This document shows, one piece after another, positions 1 to 9,687 of a DNA stretch of 64,000 nt (its first letter is position 1; each line of letters opens with the position of its first letter). This stretch comes from a virus. Its lineage: Duplodnaviria > Heunggongvirae > Uroviricota > Caudoviricetes. Where the stretch lies: positions 166,155-230,154 of the IMG/VR virus record IMGVR_UViG_3300044712_000568; one strand, 5' to 3'. Under the pieces are notes generated by a model. The model was not told where the DNA came from. It ran no database searches and worked only from the letters and a program-made list of their open reading frames with translations. The position numbers were made by a program, and so were the translations under genes.

Positions 1-75
1 GAGGAAGCCGCCCATTATACCAGTGGATTGAGGTTCAAAATCCTTATAATGATTATAAAGCTTCTTTTTTATCAT
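1..75 (-). CDS. partial ORF (N-terminus only; continues beyond window start)
   Basis: ATG at 73-75 on minus strand, open frame runs to position 1 (MIKKKLYNHYKDFEPQSTGIMGGFL...). Confidence 0.3.
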   Translation of the reverse strand, partial: MIKKKLYNHYKDFEPQSTGIMGGFL

Positions 76-145
76 GGATCTATCCCAGTTCTGCCTTAGA
101 TCATAATACATATAAATATTTTACAAAAGACTATATAGAAATGTT

Positions 146-176
146 AAGAGCGGCTTTCTAGGCCGCTCTTTTTTAT
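146..176. terminator. GC hairpin (aagagcggc/gccgctctt) followed by T-run on + strand
   Basis: 9-bp perfect stem 146-154/162-170, loop tttctag, then tttttattt. Confidence 0.4.
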
Positions 177-982
177 TTGAATACTACTTTTAATGCTTGT
201 TCTTTATCTGGTTTTTCTGGATCTTCCGACAATTTACCTTTGATGTCATCGATATGATGTGATGCTACATCTATTGCGCCAGTCATATCGTCAAGAGCTT
301 CTGCAATATCCGGATCCTTGTCTTCAGGATACTCTGTTTTGGTTTGAGTAATTTTTTCTTTAACTGCAGCAAGATCTGAAGAAATTTCATCAAAGCAGTT
401 TTCTTTGATAAGTTCCTTTTTGATAAATTTAAATGCTTCTACAACAGGAGTAGTTACATAACGCTTACCGAGAATATCAGCAGGATCTAATCCTACCTTA
501 TACATACCAGCGTCGAGATCCTGCGACATCGCTCTCTGTGCGATTTTTTCAGCAGGCACACCATGTAAATTCCGTGACGCTGCGAGTTTAATCGTGTTTT
601 CATCTTTAGGAAAAGCCTTAATTTCAACTTCATAACCGTGTTTAATCCCTTCTTGCACATAGAAATGGCGTTCTTTCTTAGTAATATTAGTATTATCCAC
701 TATTACGAGAGGAACTTCTCGCTGAAGAGCCTGTAGGTATTTTTGTTGGCAATTCATATGTGCAGTACGAAGCTGCATGAAATCAAATTTATAGGATGGA
801 GCATTTGCAGCCTCGGGATCACCAGCAGCTTCTAATTCTGCCCTATGTTTAGCAGCCAAATCTTCAAAATGATGGTCTGCAGAGCAAATTACATATTCTC
901 CACCGTACTGTTTAATATAGTTATTCGTGAAATAGCTTTTGCCACTTCCTGGAATTCCCACTAAAATAAGTACTTTTTTCAT
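173..982 (-). CDS. P-loop polynucleotide-kinase-like protein (Pnk kinase domain only, acidic C-terminal tail, no HAD phosphatase domain)
   Basis: Walker A GIPGSGKS at N-terminus; VIVDNTNITKKER resembles T4 Pnk DTNLNPERR; RNLHGVPAEKIAQRAM resembles Pnk RGTKAVPIDVLRSM. Confidence 0.55.
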   Translation of the reverse strand: MKKVLILVGIPGSGKSYFTNNYIKQYGGEYVICSADHHFEDLAAKHRAELEAAGDPEAANAPSYKFDFMQLRTAHMNCQQKYLQALQREVPLVIVDNTNITKKERHFYVQEGIKHGYEVEIKAFPKDENTIKLAASRNLHGVPAEKIAQRAMSQDLDAGMYKVGLDPADILGKRYVTTPVVEAFKFIKKELIKENCFDEISSDLAAVKEKITQTKTEYPEDKDPDIAEALDDMTGAIDVASHHIDDIKGKLSEDPEKPDKEQALKVVFK

Positions 983-984
983 AG

Positions 985-1656
985 TTATGCCTTAAGTTTG
1001 TTAGCCATTCTAAATTGTAATTCTTTCATTAGCTCTTCGTCACTAATGTCATGTAAAGCAATTATATCTTTGGCTGGAGTTTCAGCTGGCTCGTCCACAA
1101 CTTCTGGCTCAACCTCTCCAAGAACTCCCTCAGGATTATCTAAACCGAATTGCTCTTCGCTATCCATTTCTAAGGGCTCTTCTGAGTGTGGAACTAGTTG
1201 ACGACCAGAAATAGAATAGTCAGGTCCTTCAAAATCTACTGCAACATCAAAATCACCAATATCGTCCACATAGCTCATAGCGTCAGCTGAATTTTTAACG
1301 GCATCGCGCATAGTATCTTCTGGATAATTGTAAAATAAAATATCATCTGCTTGTTTTTCTAAATCTGATGGTTCTTCTTCGGCCATTAATTCACTAGCCT
1401 CTAGTCTATTTTCTTCTCCTCTTGCCTTTTCCTGCGCAGACTCAAGCTCTTCTGGAGTCATTGTATGAAAGGAAGCTTTTACATTACCATCATTAACTCT
1501 ACCAACCTCATCACCTTCTTCAGATTCACCATTTACAATATCTTTATTAGTGTTTCCAAAAGTAAATTTTGGACCTTCTAAAATAGATGCAAATGGATCT
1601 GTGGTATTTTCATATGCTGCAGCATTAAAATTTTCAAATAAATGTTTCTTAGACAC
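985..1656 (-). CDS. acidic hypothetical protein
   Basis: 223-aa ORF, very D/E rich, tightly abuts neighbours. Confidence 0.5.
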   Translation of the reverse strand: MSKKHLFENFNAAAYENTTDPFASILEGPKFTFGNTNKDIVNGESEEGDEVGRVNDGNVKASFHTMTPEELESAQEKARGEENRLEASELMAEEEPSDLEKQADDILFYNYPEDTMRDAVKNSADAMSYVDDIGDFDVAVDFEGPDYSISGRQLVPHSEEPLEMDSEEQFGLDNPEGVLGEVEPEVVDEPAETPAKDIIALHDISDEELMKELQFRMANKLKA

Positions 1657-1658
1657 GA

Positions 1659-1946
1659 TTATATCCCTTTCGTTTTTGACAGAACTGCGTTAACTTTATC
1701 CATTTCATGGGTGAGTAAAATTTCAATAAATCGCATTTGTTGACGCAAATCTGCAGCATTGTAAGCATTTACAATAGCATTTATGCCTTCTTTATGCGGA
1801 TCGGGTGTAACATTTTTAGCTGAAGAAATATCAGTAGCCGGATCTACTACTTCTGGACGAGGGGTTCCAGCCAATTTATCTTTAACCCAATCGGCAGGAC
1901 CTTCGAGCAAGGATACCATGGGATCTGTGTATTTATTATCAGCCAT
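1659..1946 (-). CDS. hypothetical protein
   Basis: 95-aa ORF in operon-like arrangement. Confidence 0.45.
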   Translation of the reverse strand: MADNKYTDPMVSLLEGPADWVKDKLAGTPRPEVVDPATDISSAKNVTPDPHKEGINAIVNAYNAADLRQQMRFIEILLTHEMDKVNAVLSKTKGI

Positions 1947-2058
1947 ATAATTTCCAATTCATTATTTAATTCAAGGCTTGATTGCTCTTCTCAGTCTGTC
2001 ACTACTTAATTCCTCAAGCCACACGCCCTGCGGACGATACTCTATCTTAGAGGTATGA

Positions 2059-3102
2059 ATGACTAAGATTGTCCTGTCCACAGACTGGCACCTCAAGTTT
2101 TCATCCCAATTCGACCGCACAACGGACCAAGGCATACCGTCAAGACTACACGAAATCATAGAGTCTGTTGATTGGGTTTTATCCGTAGGTAAGAAGCAAA
2201 AAGCTACTTATTTCTTGGGATTGGGTGATATATTTGATAGTTCCGAAAAACTCTTAACTAGAGAAGGTCTCTCTATTAAGAATATGTTTAATAGAATTGC
2301 AAAACAATATACAAAAACTGCTATGTTTTTAGTAGGAAATCATGATCAAATTTCATCAGAGCATAATATTTTGGATCTTTTCTCTCCAGTTGTAAAAGTA
2401 TTTTCTTCTCCATCTTTCGTAGATATTCCAGGAGCAAGATTATTCTTTTTACCATATTTGAGAGAATCTGAAGATCTTTATGCTGCATTAAAAGAATTTG
2501 AAAGTCATGATTGTCCTGGTAAGAAATATTTATTTGCTCATTTTTGGGATACTTCCGTAATGAGTGTAGATCCAGAAGCTATCGATTTAAGTAAAGTCAA
2601 TTTGGACTTTTTTAATCGTATCTTTTTAGGTCATTATCATGTGCCATCGTCAAATTTTAATAGTAAAATTATATATCTAGGAACTCTTTTAAATAAACGG
2701 TTTAATGAAACTGGCCCCAAAGGATGCTGGACATTAGATGTCGAAACTAATAAATTGGAATTTTTCGCTAATCCGAGCTCACCTGAGTTTTTTGTTCTTC
2801 AAGATACAAACGTTCTTACTGATGCTGAGAATTTAGTAACAAATGCCTACTATCGTATAGCATGTGATCCAGAAAATGTGTTAGAAGTAACTAAGTTACT
2901 TTCTAAAGTTAAAGGCTTTGAGTTAGTTTCAAAGAAAGATGAAGAAACAGATCCTACTAAAATTTCTATTATGAATGTAGAGAAACGCAATTCTTCTTCA
3001 TTAAAAGATTATATTATGGCTAATTGTACGATGTTTATGCCAGAAGGCGTAACAGAAGATGAATTTAAGGCACAAGGCACTACTTTCTTGGCGAATTTAT
3101 AA
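2059..3102 (+). CDS. Mre11/SbcD-like recombination nuclease subunit (T4 gp47-like metallophosphoesterase)
   Basis: calcineurin-fold motifs TDWHL, GDIFD, GNHD, GHYH; stop overlaps start of next gene. Confidence 0.8.
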   Translation: MTKIVLSTDWHLKFSSQFDRTTDQGIPSRLHEIIESVDWVLSVGKKQKATYFLGLGDIFDSSEKLLTREGLSIKNMFNRIAKQYTKTAMFLVGNHDQISSEHNILDLFSPVVKVFSSPSFVDIPGARLFFLPYLRESEDLYAALKEFESHDCPGKKYLFAHFWDTSVMSVDPEAIDLSKVNLDFFNRIFLGHYHVPSSNFNSKIIYLGTLLNKRFNETGPKGCWTLDVETNKLEFFANPSSPEFFVLQDTNVLTDAENLVTNAYYRIACDPENVLEVTKLLSKVKGFELVSKKDEETDPTKISIMNVEKRNSSSLKDYIMANCTMFMPEGVTEDEFKAQGTTFLANL

Positions 3103-4889
3103 TGGGTTTTAAACTAAAATCTCTCACTGTTGAAAATTTTGTAGTATTTGTAGATAGAACATCTATAGATTTTTCCCAGTCGATAATAAATAATATTGAA
3201 GGTGCATATAAAACAAACAGCCAGCAATCAAATGGAGCAGGCAAATCTTTAATTATTGACGCCATTTCTTTGGCGTTATTTGGCAAAGGAATACGAGCTA
3301 ACTATATATCTGAGTATATTTCAAGCAGTAATCCAAATGGCGGAATTTATATAGCCTTAGATCTAATAGATGATCATAATAATACTCTTAAGATAGAGCG
3401 ATGGCGTAGACCTGATAGTGAGCAAAATAAAGCAAAACTATGGCGCAATGGCGTAGCTATTTCACAAGATTCTACTGTATCTAAAATAGATGAAATGCTC
3501 CAATCTTATATTGGAGTTACTCATAATAATTTCACCTCTTGTATTTTTTCTGTAATGATTCCAGGATTTTTAAAACTTAGACCATCACAAAGATTTGAAA
3601 TCTTAGAACAGGCGCTTGCTGTTAAGAAGATTGAAAGTGTTATTAAAAAAATAAATGCCGCTATTAGATTAGATGAAGAAAAGTTAGAAGCTACTAATAA
3701 AACATTAATTGATTTTAATAACAAATTCATAGCCGAAAATACTAAAAAGCAGATTTATTCTGTCAATTCTCAGTCTATAAAAGATGCTATCGTCGCTCAA
3801 GAAAAAGAGTTGACCGATTATCTAGCAGATGAGAAAGAAAAGGTTACTAAACTTAGTGAATATAAAAAATTACTTAGCGATATCAACGATAAATTAACGC
3901 CCTTGCTTGAAACCAAAGAAGCTCTTACTGCCGATTTGCGTTCTCTTGAAGCTTCAAAACAGACTATGGAACTTAAACTAAAATCTGTTATGAAAGCTTT
4001 TAAGAAAGGTGCTGGAGATTCTCTTGAATGTGCTATATGCAAATCCTCACTTACAGAGTCAAATAAAGACACTGTAAAGGAGCATTATGAAGCAGAAATT
4101 CGTACCCTGGCTTCCTCTATTGAATCTAAGCAAGGAACTGTAAACCAGCTTCTCACTAAGATTAACAAGCTTGCAACTGCTAGACACACCACAGAAACTG
4201 CAGTATCTACGTTTAATCGGCAAGTTTCTTATGTTCAAACTAATATTTTGGCCACTGAAAAGGGCCTTTTAGCTTCAAAAGAAGCACTAAAGACTAGTAA
4301 CTCAGCTTATAGTGAAGCTTTACTCAAGACTATCAAAAAAGAATGCGATAATCTTACCACGGTAAAGCTTTCATTAGAAAAATCATTAAAAATAAACAAT
4401 GCTTGGAAACAAGCTATGTCTAAAAATGGATTACGTCTTGCTTACATTAAGGAAGAAGTAGCCACTCTTAGTGCATTAGCTAGTAAATATGCTTCCGCTG
4501 TTTATGAAAAACCAATGCAGGTGAAATTTTATATCAATGACGATAAAGAAAATCCTACTCTCGATTTTCATGTTAACGGAAAAAATGCTGGACTTTTTTC
4601 TACCGGTGAAGGTAGACGGTTAGAAATTGCAATGACACTCTCTCTTATGTCTTTGTTAAAGACCTCTGGACTAAATTTAGGCTTTCTAATTTTAGATGAA
4701 GCCCTAGATGGATTGTCAGAGTCCAGCAAAAGAGCTGTATTAAAAGTAATCGACTCACTTGCTACAGAATATCAGATTCTTATGATTTCGCACGATCTTC
4801 TAATAAAGCAACGACCTGGATATGTAATCCAAGTCGTTAAAGACGATACAGTGAGCCGCTCGACAGTTAAGACGTATATTCAGAAATAG
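3102..4889 (+). CDS. Rad50/SbcC-like recombination ATPase subunit (T4 gp46-like)
   Basis: N-terminal Walker A GAGKSLIIDAISLALFGK, long coiled-coil middle with CAIC hook-like motif, C-terminal LILDEALDGLSE signature/Walker B. Confidence 0.8.
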   Translation: MGFKLKSLTVENFVVFVDRTSIDFSQSIINNIEGAYKTNSQQSNGAGKSLIIDAISLALFGKGIRANYISEYISSSNPNGGIYIALDLIDDHNNTLKIERWRRPDSEQNKAKLWRNGVAISQDSTVSKIDEMLQSYIGVTHNNFTSCIFSVMIPGFLKLRPSQRFEILEQALAVKKIESVIKKINAAIRLDEEKLEATNKTLIDFNNKFIAENTKKQIYSVNSQSIKDAIVAQEKELTDYLADEKEKVTKLSEYKKLLSDINDKLTPLLETKEALTADLRSLEASKQTMELKLKSVMKAFKKGAGDSLECAICKSSLTESNKDTVKEHYEAEIRTLASSIESKQGTVNQLLTKINKLATARHTTETAVSTFNRQVSYVQTNILATEKGLLASKEALKTSNSAYSEALLKTIKKECDNLTTVKLSLEKSLKINNAWKQAMSKNGLRLAYIKEEVATLSALASKYASAVYEKPMQVKFYINDDKENPTLDFHVNGKNAGLFSTGEGRRLEIAMTLSLMSLLKTSGLNLGFLILDEALDGLSESSKRAVLKVIDSLATEYQILMISHDLLIKQRPGYVIQVVKDDTVSRSTVKTYIQK

Positions 4890-5828
4890 TTATTCCCAAT
4901 TTACCAGCACTGTTTTATACTGCTTTTCTAGTTTTCTGTATTCTTTAGAATCTATTAGGACTAGCTTTATACTAGGATAGTATTTTGCAAATTTCTTTAA
5001 CTTTGATTTACTTTTAGGATCCATCCATCCCTTGACTTCATGATATTCTATAGACTCATCATTGTTAGTTATCTTAAAATCAGGCATATAGCTTTTAGCA
5101 CCTCTTATCTCTTTTTCAAAAATAAAAGTATCGGGTTCAAATTCCCATTTTTTTATTTGCTTGTTTTGTATTAGTAGATTTAAATATCGCGCATAATTAG
5201 CTTCCCAAGAACTTCTAAAGAAAACTTCTCCTAAATCTTCGCGTCTTCCTTTTTTAGTTCTTGAGTAAGCATTGATAGAATTCGCAAAGCCTGGAGCAGG
5301 AGTCCCATACACCTTTATTTTAGTGGAAACTGCCTTTACTGATATTTCGTGTTTTTGTTCTTCTGACAGGCTTTGTGCGAATTTTTTACTACATTCTCCA
5401 ATGCGTTGTTTAGTTTCAGAAGAATGTGTCTTACCTAACATTCCCTTTGGATGTTCTTTATTTTCCCATCTGTTAGGTACGTTTATATCTTTTATTCGAA
5501 TAGACGATTGGTGTTTACTATGCTCCTTGGTAGTTAATCCCAATGTTTTAGCAAATTTACATATACCACTTTTGTCACGCATGATTCTTTTAGCTAACGC
5601 GTTTAAAGAAAACTCAGAGATAGGCTTTTTGTACTCTGCTTCTATTTCTGCTTCTTCTTCCTTACTATAATTTGGATGTTTAATTAGCCCCAGTTTTTGT
5701 AATTGTGCGTGAACAGCTTGCCCAGAGATATTTAAAGCTTCTCCAGTTTTCCATACATTTTTGGTCGTTTTGTACGATGTAATAATTGCAATGATATCGT
5801 CAGCAGTAAACGCTTTACCTTTAGGCAT
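4890..5828 (-). CDS. free-standing homing-endonuclease-like protein (HTH N-terminus, NUMOD-like GKTHSSETKQRI repeat, C-terminal PD-(D/E)xK-like PDF...IEYHEVKG)
   Basis: motif reading only; sits alone on opposite strand between sbcC-like and dut genes. Confidence 0.45.
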   Translation of the reverse strand: MPKGKAFTADDIIAIITSYKTTKNVWKTGEALNISGQAVHAQLQKLGLIKHPNYSKEEEAEIEAEYKKPISEFSLNALAKRIMRDKSGICKFAKTLGLTTKEHSKHQSSIRIKDINVPNRWENKEHPKGMLGKTHSSETKQRIGECSKKFAQSLSEEQKHEISVKAVSTKIKVYGTPAPGFANSINAYSRTKKGRREDLGEVFFRSSWEANYARYLNLLIQNKQIKKWEFEPDTFIFEKEIRGAKSYMPDFKITNNDESIEYHEVKGWMDPKSKSKLKKFAKYYPSIKLVLIDSKEYRKLEKQYKTVLVNWE

Positions 5829-5905
5829 TAAAGACCTCTCGAAATTAATTACATCTGTCCTGCATATTTTTATAGTACTGCCGATACTTTATACGGAGAA
5901 ACTAA

Positions 5906-6397
5906 GTGAATTTACAAATGTCTACAGGATTACCACCAGTTTTAAAGTGTTTAAAACTAAGAGAAGACGCCAAACTTCCCGCAAAAGCTCACACTGGAGT
6001 TTTTGAAGATGCCGCATATGATTTATATCTGCCAGAAAAGGCAGAAAGTCTTAAAATCTCTCCAGAATCACATCAGTTAGTTGATTCCGGTTTAAAAATT
6101 ATTGTACCGGATGGCTATTGGGTAAAATTTCATGACCGCTCAGGATTGGCTGCCAAGAAAGGCATTACAGTAATGGGTGGAGTCATTGATTCAGGCTACA
6201 CTGGAGAATGGAAGGTTATTTTACATAATAATTCCCATTACACTCAATTTATAGATCCTGGTCAAGCTATGGCTCAGTTTACTCTAGAAAAAATTAATAC
6301 TGCCGATATAATACTTATTGACCAAGAAGAATTTGATGTTGAGGATCAAAAGAGACAACGCGGAACTTCTGGCTTTGGGTCTTCGGATAAAAAATGA
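5906..6397 (+). CDS. dut: dUTP pyrophosphatase
   Basis: dUTPase motifs AAYDLYL, RSGLAAKKG, GVIDSGYTGEWKV, RGTSGFGSS; starts GTG 6 nt after ggagaa. Confidence 0.8.
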   Translation: MNLQMSTGLPPVLKCLKLREDAKLPAKAHTGVFEDAAYDLYLPEKAESLKISPESHQLVDSGLKIIVPDGYWVKFHDRSGLAAKKGITVMGGVIDSGYTGEWKVILHNNSHYTQFIDPGQAMAQFTLEKINTADIILIDQEEFDVEDQKRQRGTSGFGSSDKK

Positions 6398-6894
6398 GAG
6401 TTTTGGCACGTAAATTACAAACAATCCCATACGTAATAACACATATTACAAAGAGCATTCACGGAGAAAAATCCCCGTTTGAAATGCTTTCTGAAGCTCC
6501 TTTATGGCTACGATTAGCTAGTAGAGGTCGTTATTGCGCGTATAAAAATATAATTTATGTGCCTAATTTTCATTTAGAATTAGTGTCCTCTAAACACGAA
6601 GCAGATAGAACTCTTGCCACAGCTAAACTATTACCTTGGGTAATGCTTTTACATGATGTAGAAAATATATCTGTTATAACTGCCCTAAAGTCTTTATTTT
6701 ATTTACCATACCAACTGCATTATTTTCTATACGAATTTTTGTTTTTAAAGGCTACTTCCCATAAGTTTTTTGAAGTCATTTCTATGGGTTTTATGACTAC
6801 AAGAACTAAATGGTTTGGTATGAAAAAACTCTCATATGAAGATGTTGAACTTCATATGAGAGTTATTCTTGATTTAAATAAACCTAAAAACTAA
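6394..6894 (+). CDS. hypothetical protein
   Basis: 166-aa ORF overlapping dut stop by 4 nt. Confidence 0.4.
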   Translation: MRVLARKLQTIPYVITHITKSIHGEKSPFEMLSEAPLWLRLASRGRYCAYKNIIYVPNFHLELVSSKHEADRTLATAKLLPWVMLLHDVENISVITALKSLFYLPYQLHYFLYEFLFLKATSHKFFEVISMGFMTTRTKWFGMKKLSYEDVELHMRVILDLNKPKN

Positions 6895-9595
6895 AATTAG
6901 ATAATGGATTTACTTTTTGTGTAGCACCGGTTTCGACTGGTGCTTCTTTTTTGCCTGCAAATGGAGTTCCAAAAGTGCCACGAATAATTTCATTCATTAG
7001 TCGCATTTTAGACATATATCCAGTTTCTGATCCGTAATTTGAACTCTTTAATCTAGCTTCAATTTCATTTTTATTTGAAGCCAAAGCATCTCGTAATAAT
7101 CCAATATTTCCAGTTTGCTCATATTTATTAAATGCTTGTTCAAATGTTGTTTTAAGTGGACCACTAAAAACAGAAGTTATCCATTCCTTAAAATGATTAA
7201 ATGCTGTTTGCATTTGAGGATCATTAATAGGAGAAGTATACGCTGGATTATCTTTATTAGCTTCATAGGCATTTACAATTTTAGAAATTAATACTTCGTC
7301 AATTCGTACATTTCGTAAATCATCGACAAGTTTATTACCCGCAAAATTTTGTTTGTTTGGACCACTAACAAAGAAATCTTGTAAATCTTCTATTTCTTCT
7401 AATTCTTCATTGCTTAATGCCATATATTTATGCTTAGCATCTTCTCCTCTAGCCTTATAATTGTTATAAGCATTAAATAATCTAACCATAGCTACTAAGA
7501 AAGAACTAAGTTTTTTTAATTCTACTAATGTCTGTTGCAGTATCGGTGCTGCTTGATGAGCAAAAAATGTAATGTATGCATTTTCTAAATCTAGAGAAGG
7601 ATCTTCTTTTACAGTAACTGCCTCTGTGATAACGCCACGTAGTTTTAACAGTTCTTTCATAGCATTTGAAAATCCAGTAATAGATGCTTGACCAGAAGCG
7701 CCTGTCTGACTCATAAATGGCGTATTATTTTTATCGCTCATTGGGATAGCGCCACTTTGAATATCTTGCCATAATCTATTTAAATTTTCTGGTGACATAG
7801 TAGAAATAAATGCGGCAATCTCTGGTCTTCCGACATAGGCTCTACCATTATATTCAAATGCTTTATTTACACTATTTGGAATAAATATTCCAAATTTATC
7901 GTATAAAGTATCTCCTATTTTCTTAGCTAGTTTCTTTTCCTCCGGCCCAGACACTTTTTGTGGTTCTGTTGAAGGAACTTCATCTGATTTAGTTACCCCT
8001 AAAAGATTACTGATAGTTTGAGGTTTAATCTTAGCTATTTTTGCAAGGCCTTCAATTCTAACCGGATCTTCAGTTTTTTCAATCTCTTTGATGATATCAA
8101 TTAAATCGTTTTTACGAGAAGGCTCTGCAGTTAATAATTCTCTTTGTAATAAATCTAATACCTTATCTTTAAACGTATTACCTTTTAATATAGTATTTGT
8201 AGATACATTAAAAGATGGGATCGAGTCAAGTTTTAAAGTTTGTCTAATTTCTTCTTTGTATCTAGAAGGTAAGTCTTTTATTTTAAACCAAGGTGTATTT
8301 CGTTCAGTAGTAGATTGTAAAAGAGCTACTTTAACTTTACCTAAAATATCCTCTGTAATTTCTACAGGTTCTCCGGTTAATGTAATTAATAGTTCGGCAG
8401 TATTGCTTAATATATCAAAGGTTAATAAAGATGCTCTAACTGTAGTATCTTCTAAATATACATCAGTATCATCTAACATCATTTTAAGAAATTCTTTATC
8501 TTCGAATTTTAAGTCTACCGTGTTAAAAGATCTAATTTTAGATCCTGGATTTATCATTAAACGCTCGAGTAATTCAGCAGCGATACTCGCCCAATTAGGA
8601 GTGTTAAAGTATTTTAAAAGGATATTACCGTGAGAGAAGATAATCTCTTTGTCTTTTTGTTCTTTTTCACTTTTTGGTTCATATACTAAAGTATCTAGAA
8701 TATCAGGATCTGCAATATATGGAGCAGCTTCGTCTGGCTGAGGAAGATTTTCAAGATCGTTAATAACTTCTCCAGTCCCTTCTCCAGTAACTGGTTCGTA
8801 TTTAGTATAAAGATCGCTCTTAGTATCTGTTTCACCCCTAGTTTTCTTAACACCCTGGGCTTTTAGTCTAATATCTCTAAGTCTAGTATTTACTTTTGAA
8901 GGATTGGAAAATCTTAAATAAATATCCTCATCAATTTTAGGCAAATCTTGTACATTAGCGAATAAAAATGCTCTAATAAACTTATTGAACGCTTCTCCAA
9001 AGAGAATATCCATTGCGCTATGCTGATCATCTGCAATTAAACTACTTAAATCGGTATTTACATCTTCCGTTAGTTTTAGAATTTCTTTTAGTATTATAGA
9101 TTCTTCAAAATTTACCATTAATGCATTAGATAAAATATCATCTTTTTCTAATACTATTTTTTTAAATTCATCTGGCAATTGCTTAAACATATCCACTAAA
9201 TATTTATCTTTAGGTTTTCTTAAAACTGCACCTAAAGCATCATTTCTAATTGTACCATACTTATCTAGCTGATACTGGTATAAATCCATAGCTAAATAAA
9301 AATATAATTTCAATCTAACTAAAGACTGAGCAATTTGATTTGCTAAATCTTCACCAACTAAATCACTTTGAATATTGTATTTAGGTCTAAATTGTTCAAT
9401 AATATCCGCAATTACTTTAGCCTGTTGCTGAATAACAGGCCACCCATCCTGGAAAGAAAGAATCTGCTTATCTGTAATTCCAGCCAATTTAACAGCATCG
9501 TAGACAGGTCTTACATTTATTCCAGCAGAACTTGCAGCCGGTTGTTCATCAGCCTCATTTAATGTGATTTTGATTATTTTTGATAAATTCATCAT
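6884..9595 (-). CDS. large structural protein (baseplate/tail candidate)
   Basis: 903-aa ORF at head of minus-strand block that contains gp5-like and gp25-like genes; no motif recognised. Confidence 0.5.
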   Translation of the reverse strand: MMNLSKIIKITLNEADEQPAASSAGINVRPVYDAVKLAGITDKQILSFQDGWPVIQQQAKVIADIIEQFRPKYNIQSDLVGEDLANQIAQSLVRLKLYFYLAMDLYQYQLDKYGTIRNDALGAVLRKPKDKYLVDMFKQLPDEFKKIVLEKDDILSNALMVNFEESIILKEILKLTEDVNTDLSSLIADDQHSAMDILFGEAFNKFIRAFLFANVQDLPKIDEDIYLRFSNPSKVNTRLRDIRLKAQGVKKTRGETDTKSDLYTKYEPVTGEGTGEVINDLENLPQPDEAAPYIADPDILDTLVYEPKSEKEQKDKEIIFSHGNILLKYFNTPNWASIAAELLERLMINPGSKIRSFNTVDLKFEDKEFLKMMLDDTDVYLEDTTVRASLLTFDILSNTAELLITLTGEPVEITEDILGKVKVALLQSTTERNTPWFKIKDLPSRYKEEIRQTLKLDSIPSFNVSTNTILKGNTFKDKVLDLLQRELLTAEPSRKNDLIDIIKEIEKTEDPVRIEGLAKIAKIKPQTISNLLGVTKSDEVPSTEPQKVSGPEEKKLAKKIGDTLYDKFGIFIPNSVNKAFEYNGRAYVGRPEIAAFISTMSPENLNRLWQDIQSGAIPMSDKNNTPFMSQTGASGQASITGFSNAMKELLKLRGVITEAVTVKEDPSLDLENAYITFFAHQAAPILQQTLVELKKLSSFLVAMVRLFNAYNNYKARGEDAKHKYMALSNEELEEIEDLQDFFVSGPNKQNFAGNKLVDDLRNVRIDEVLISKIVNAYEANKDNPAYTSPINDPQMQTAFNHFKEWITSVFSGPLKTTFEQAFNKYEQTGNIGLLRDALASNKNEIEARLKSSNYGSETGYMSKMRLMNEIIRGTFGTPFAGKKEAPVETGATQKVNPLSNFSF

Positions 9596-9622
9596 ATATA
9601 TATAATTCTAGCATCCACAGTC

Positions 9623-9671
9623 GTGCCCTATTAATAACAGCTTCTAGTAGAGTCAGTTATTAATAGGGCAC
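9623..9671. other. 16-bp perfect inverted repeat gtgccctattaataac / gttattaatagggcac with 17-nt loop
   Basis: read directly; lies between two minus-strand structural genes, no T-run. Confidence 0.5.
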
Positions 9672-9687
9672 TAACTTTAGCAAGTCT

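Noticed and set aside
998-1201. 67-aa plus-strand ORF inside the acidic protein gene
   Set aside because: It is fully embedded antisense to a longer ORF and has Ser-rich low complexity.
8088-8633. 181-aa plus-strand ORF inside the 903-aa structural gene
   Set aside because: It is embedded antisense to the long ORF, which is an AT-rich frame artefact.
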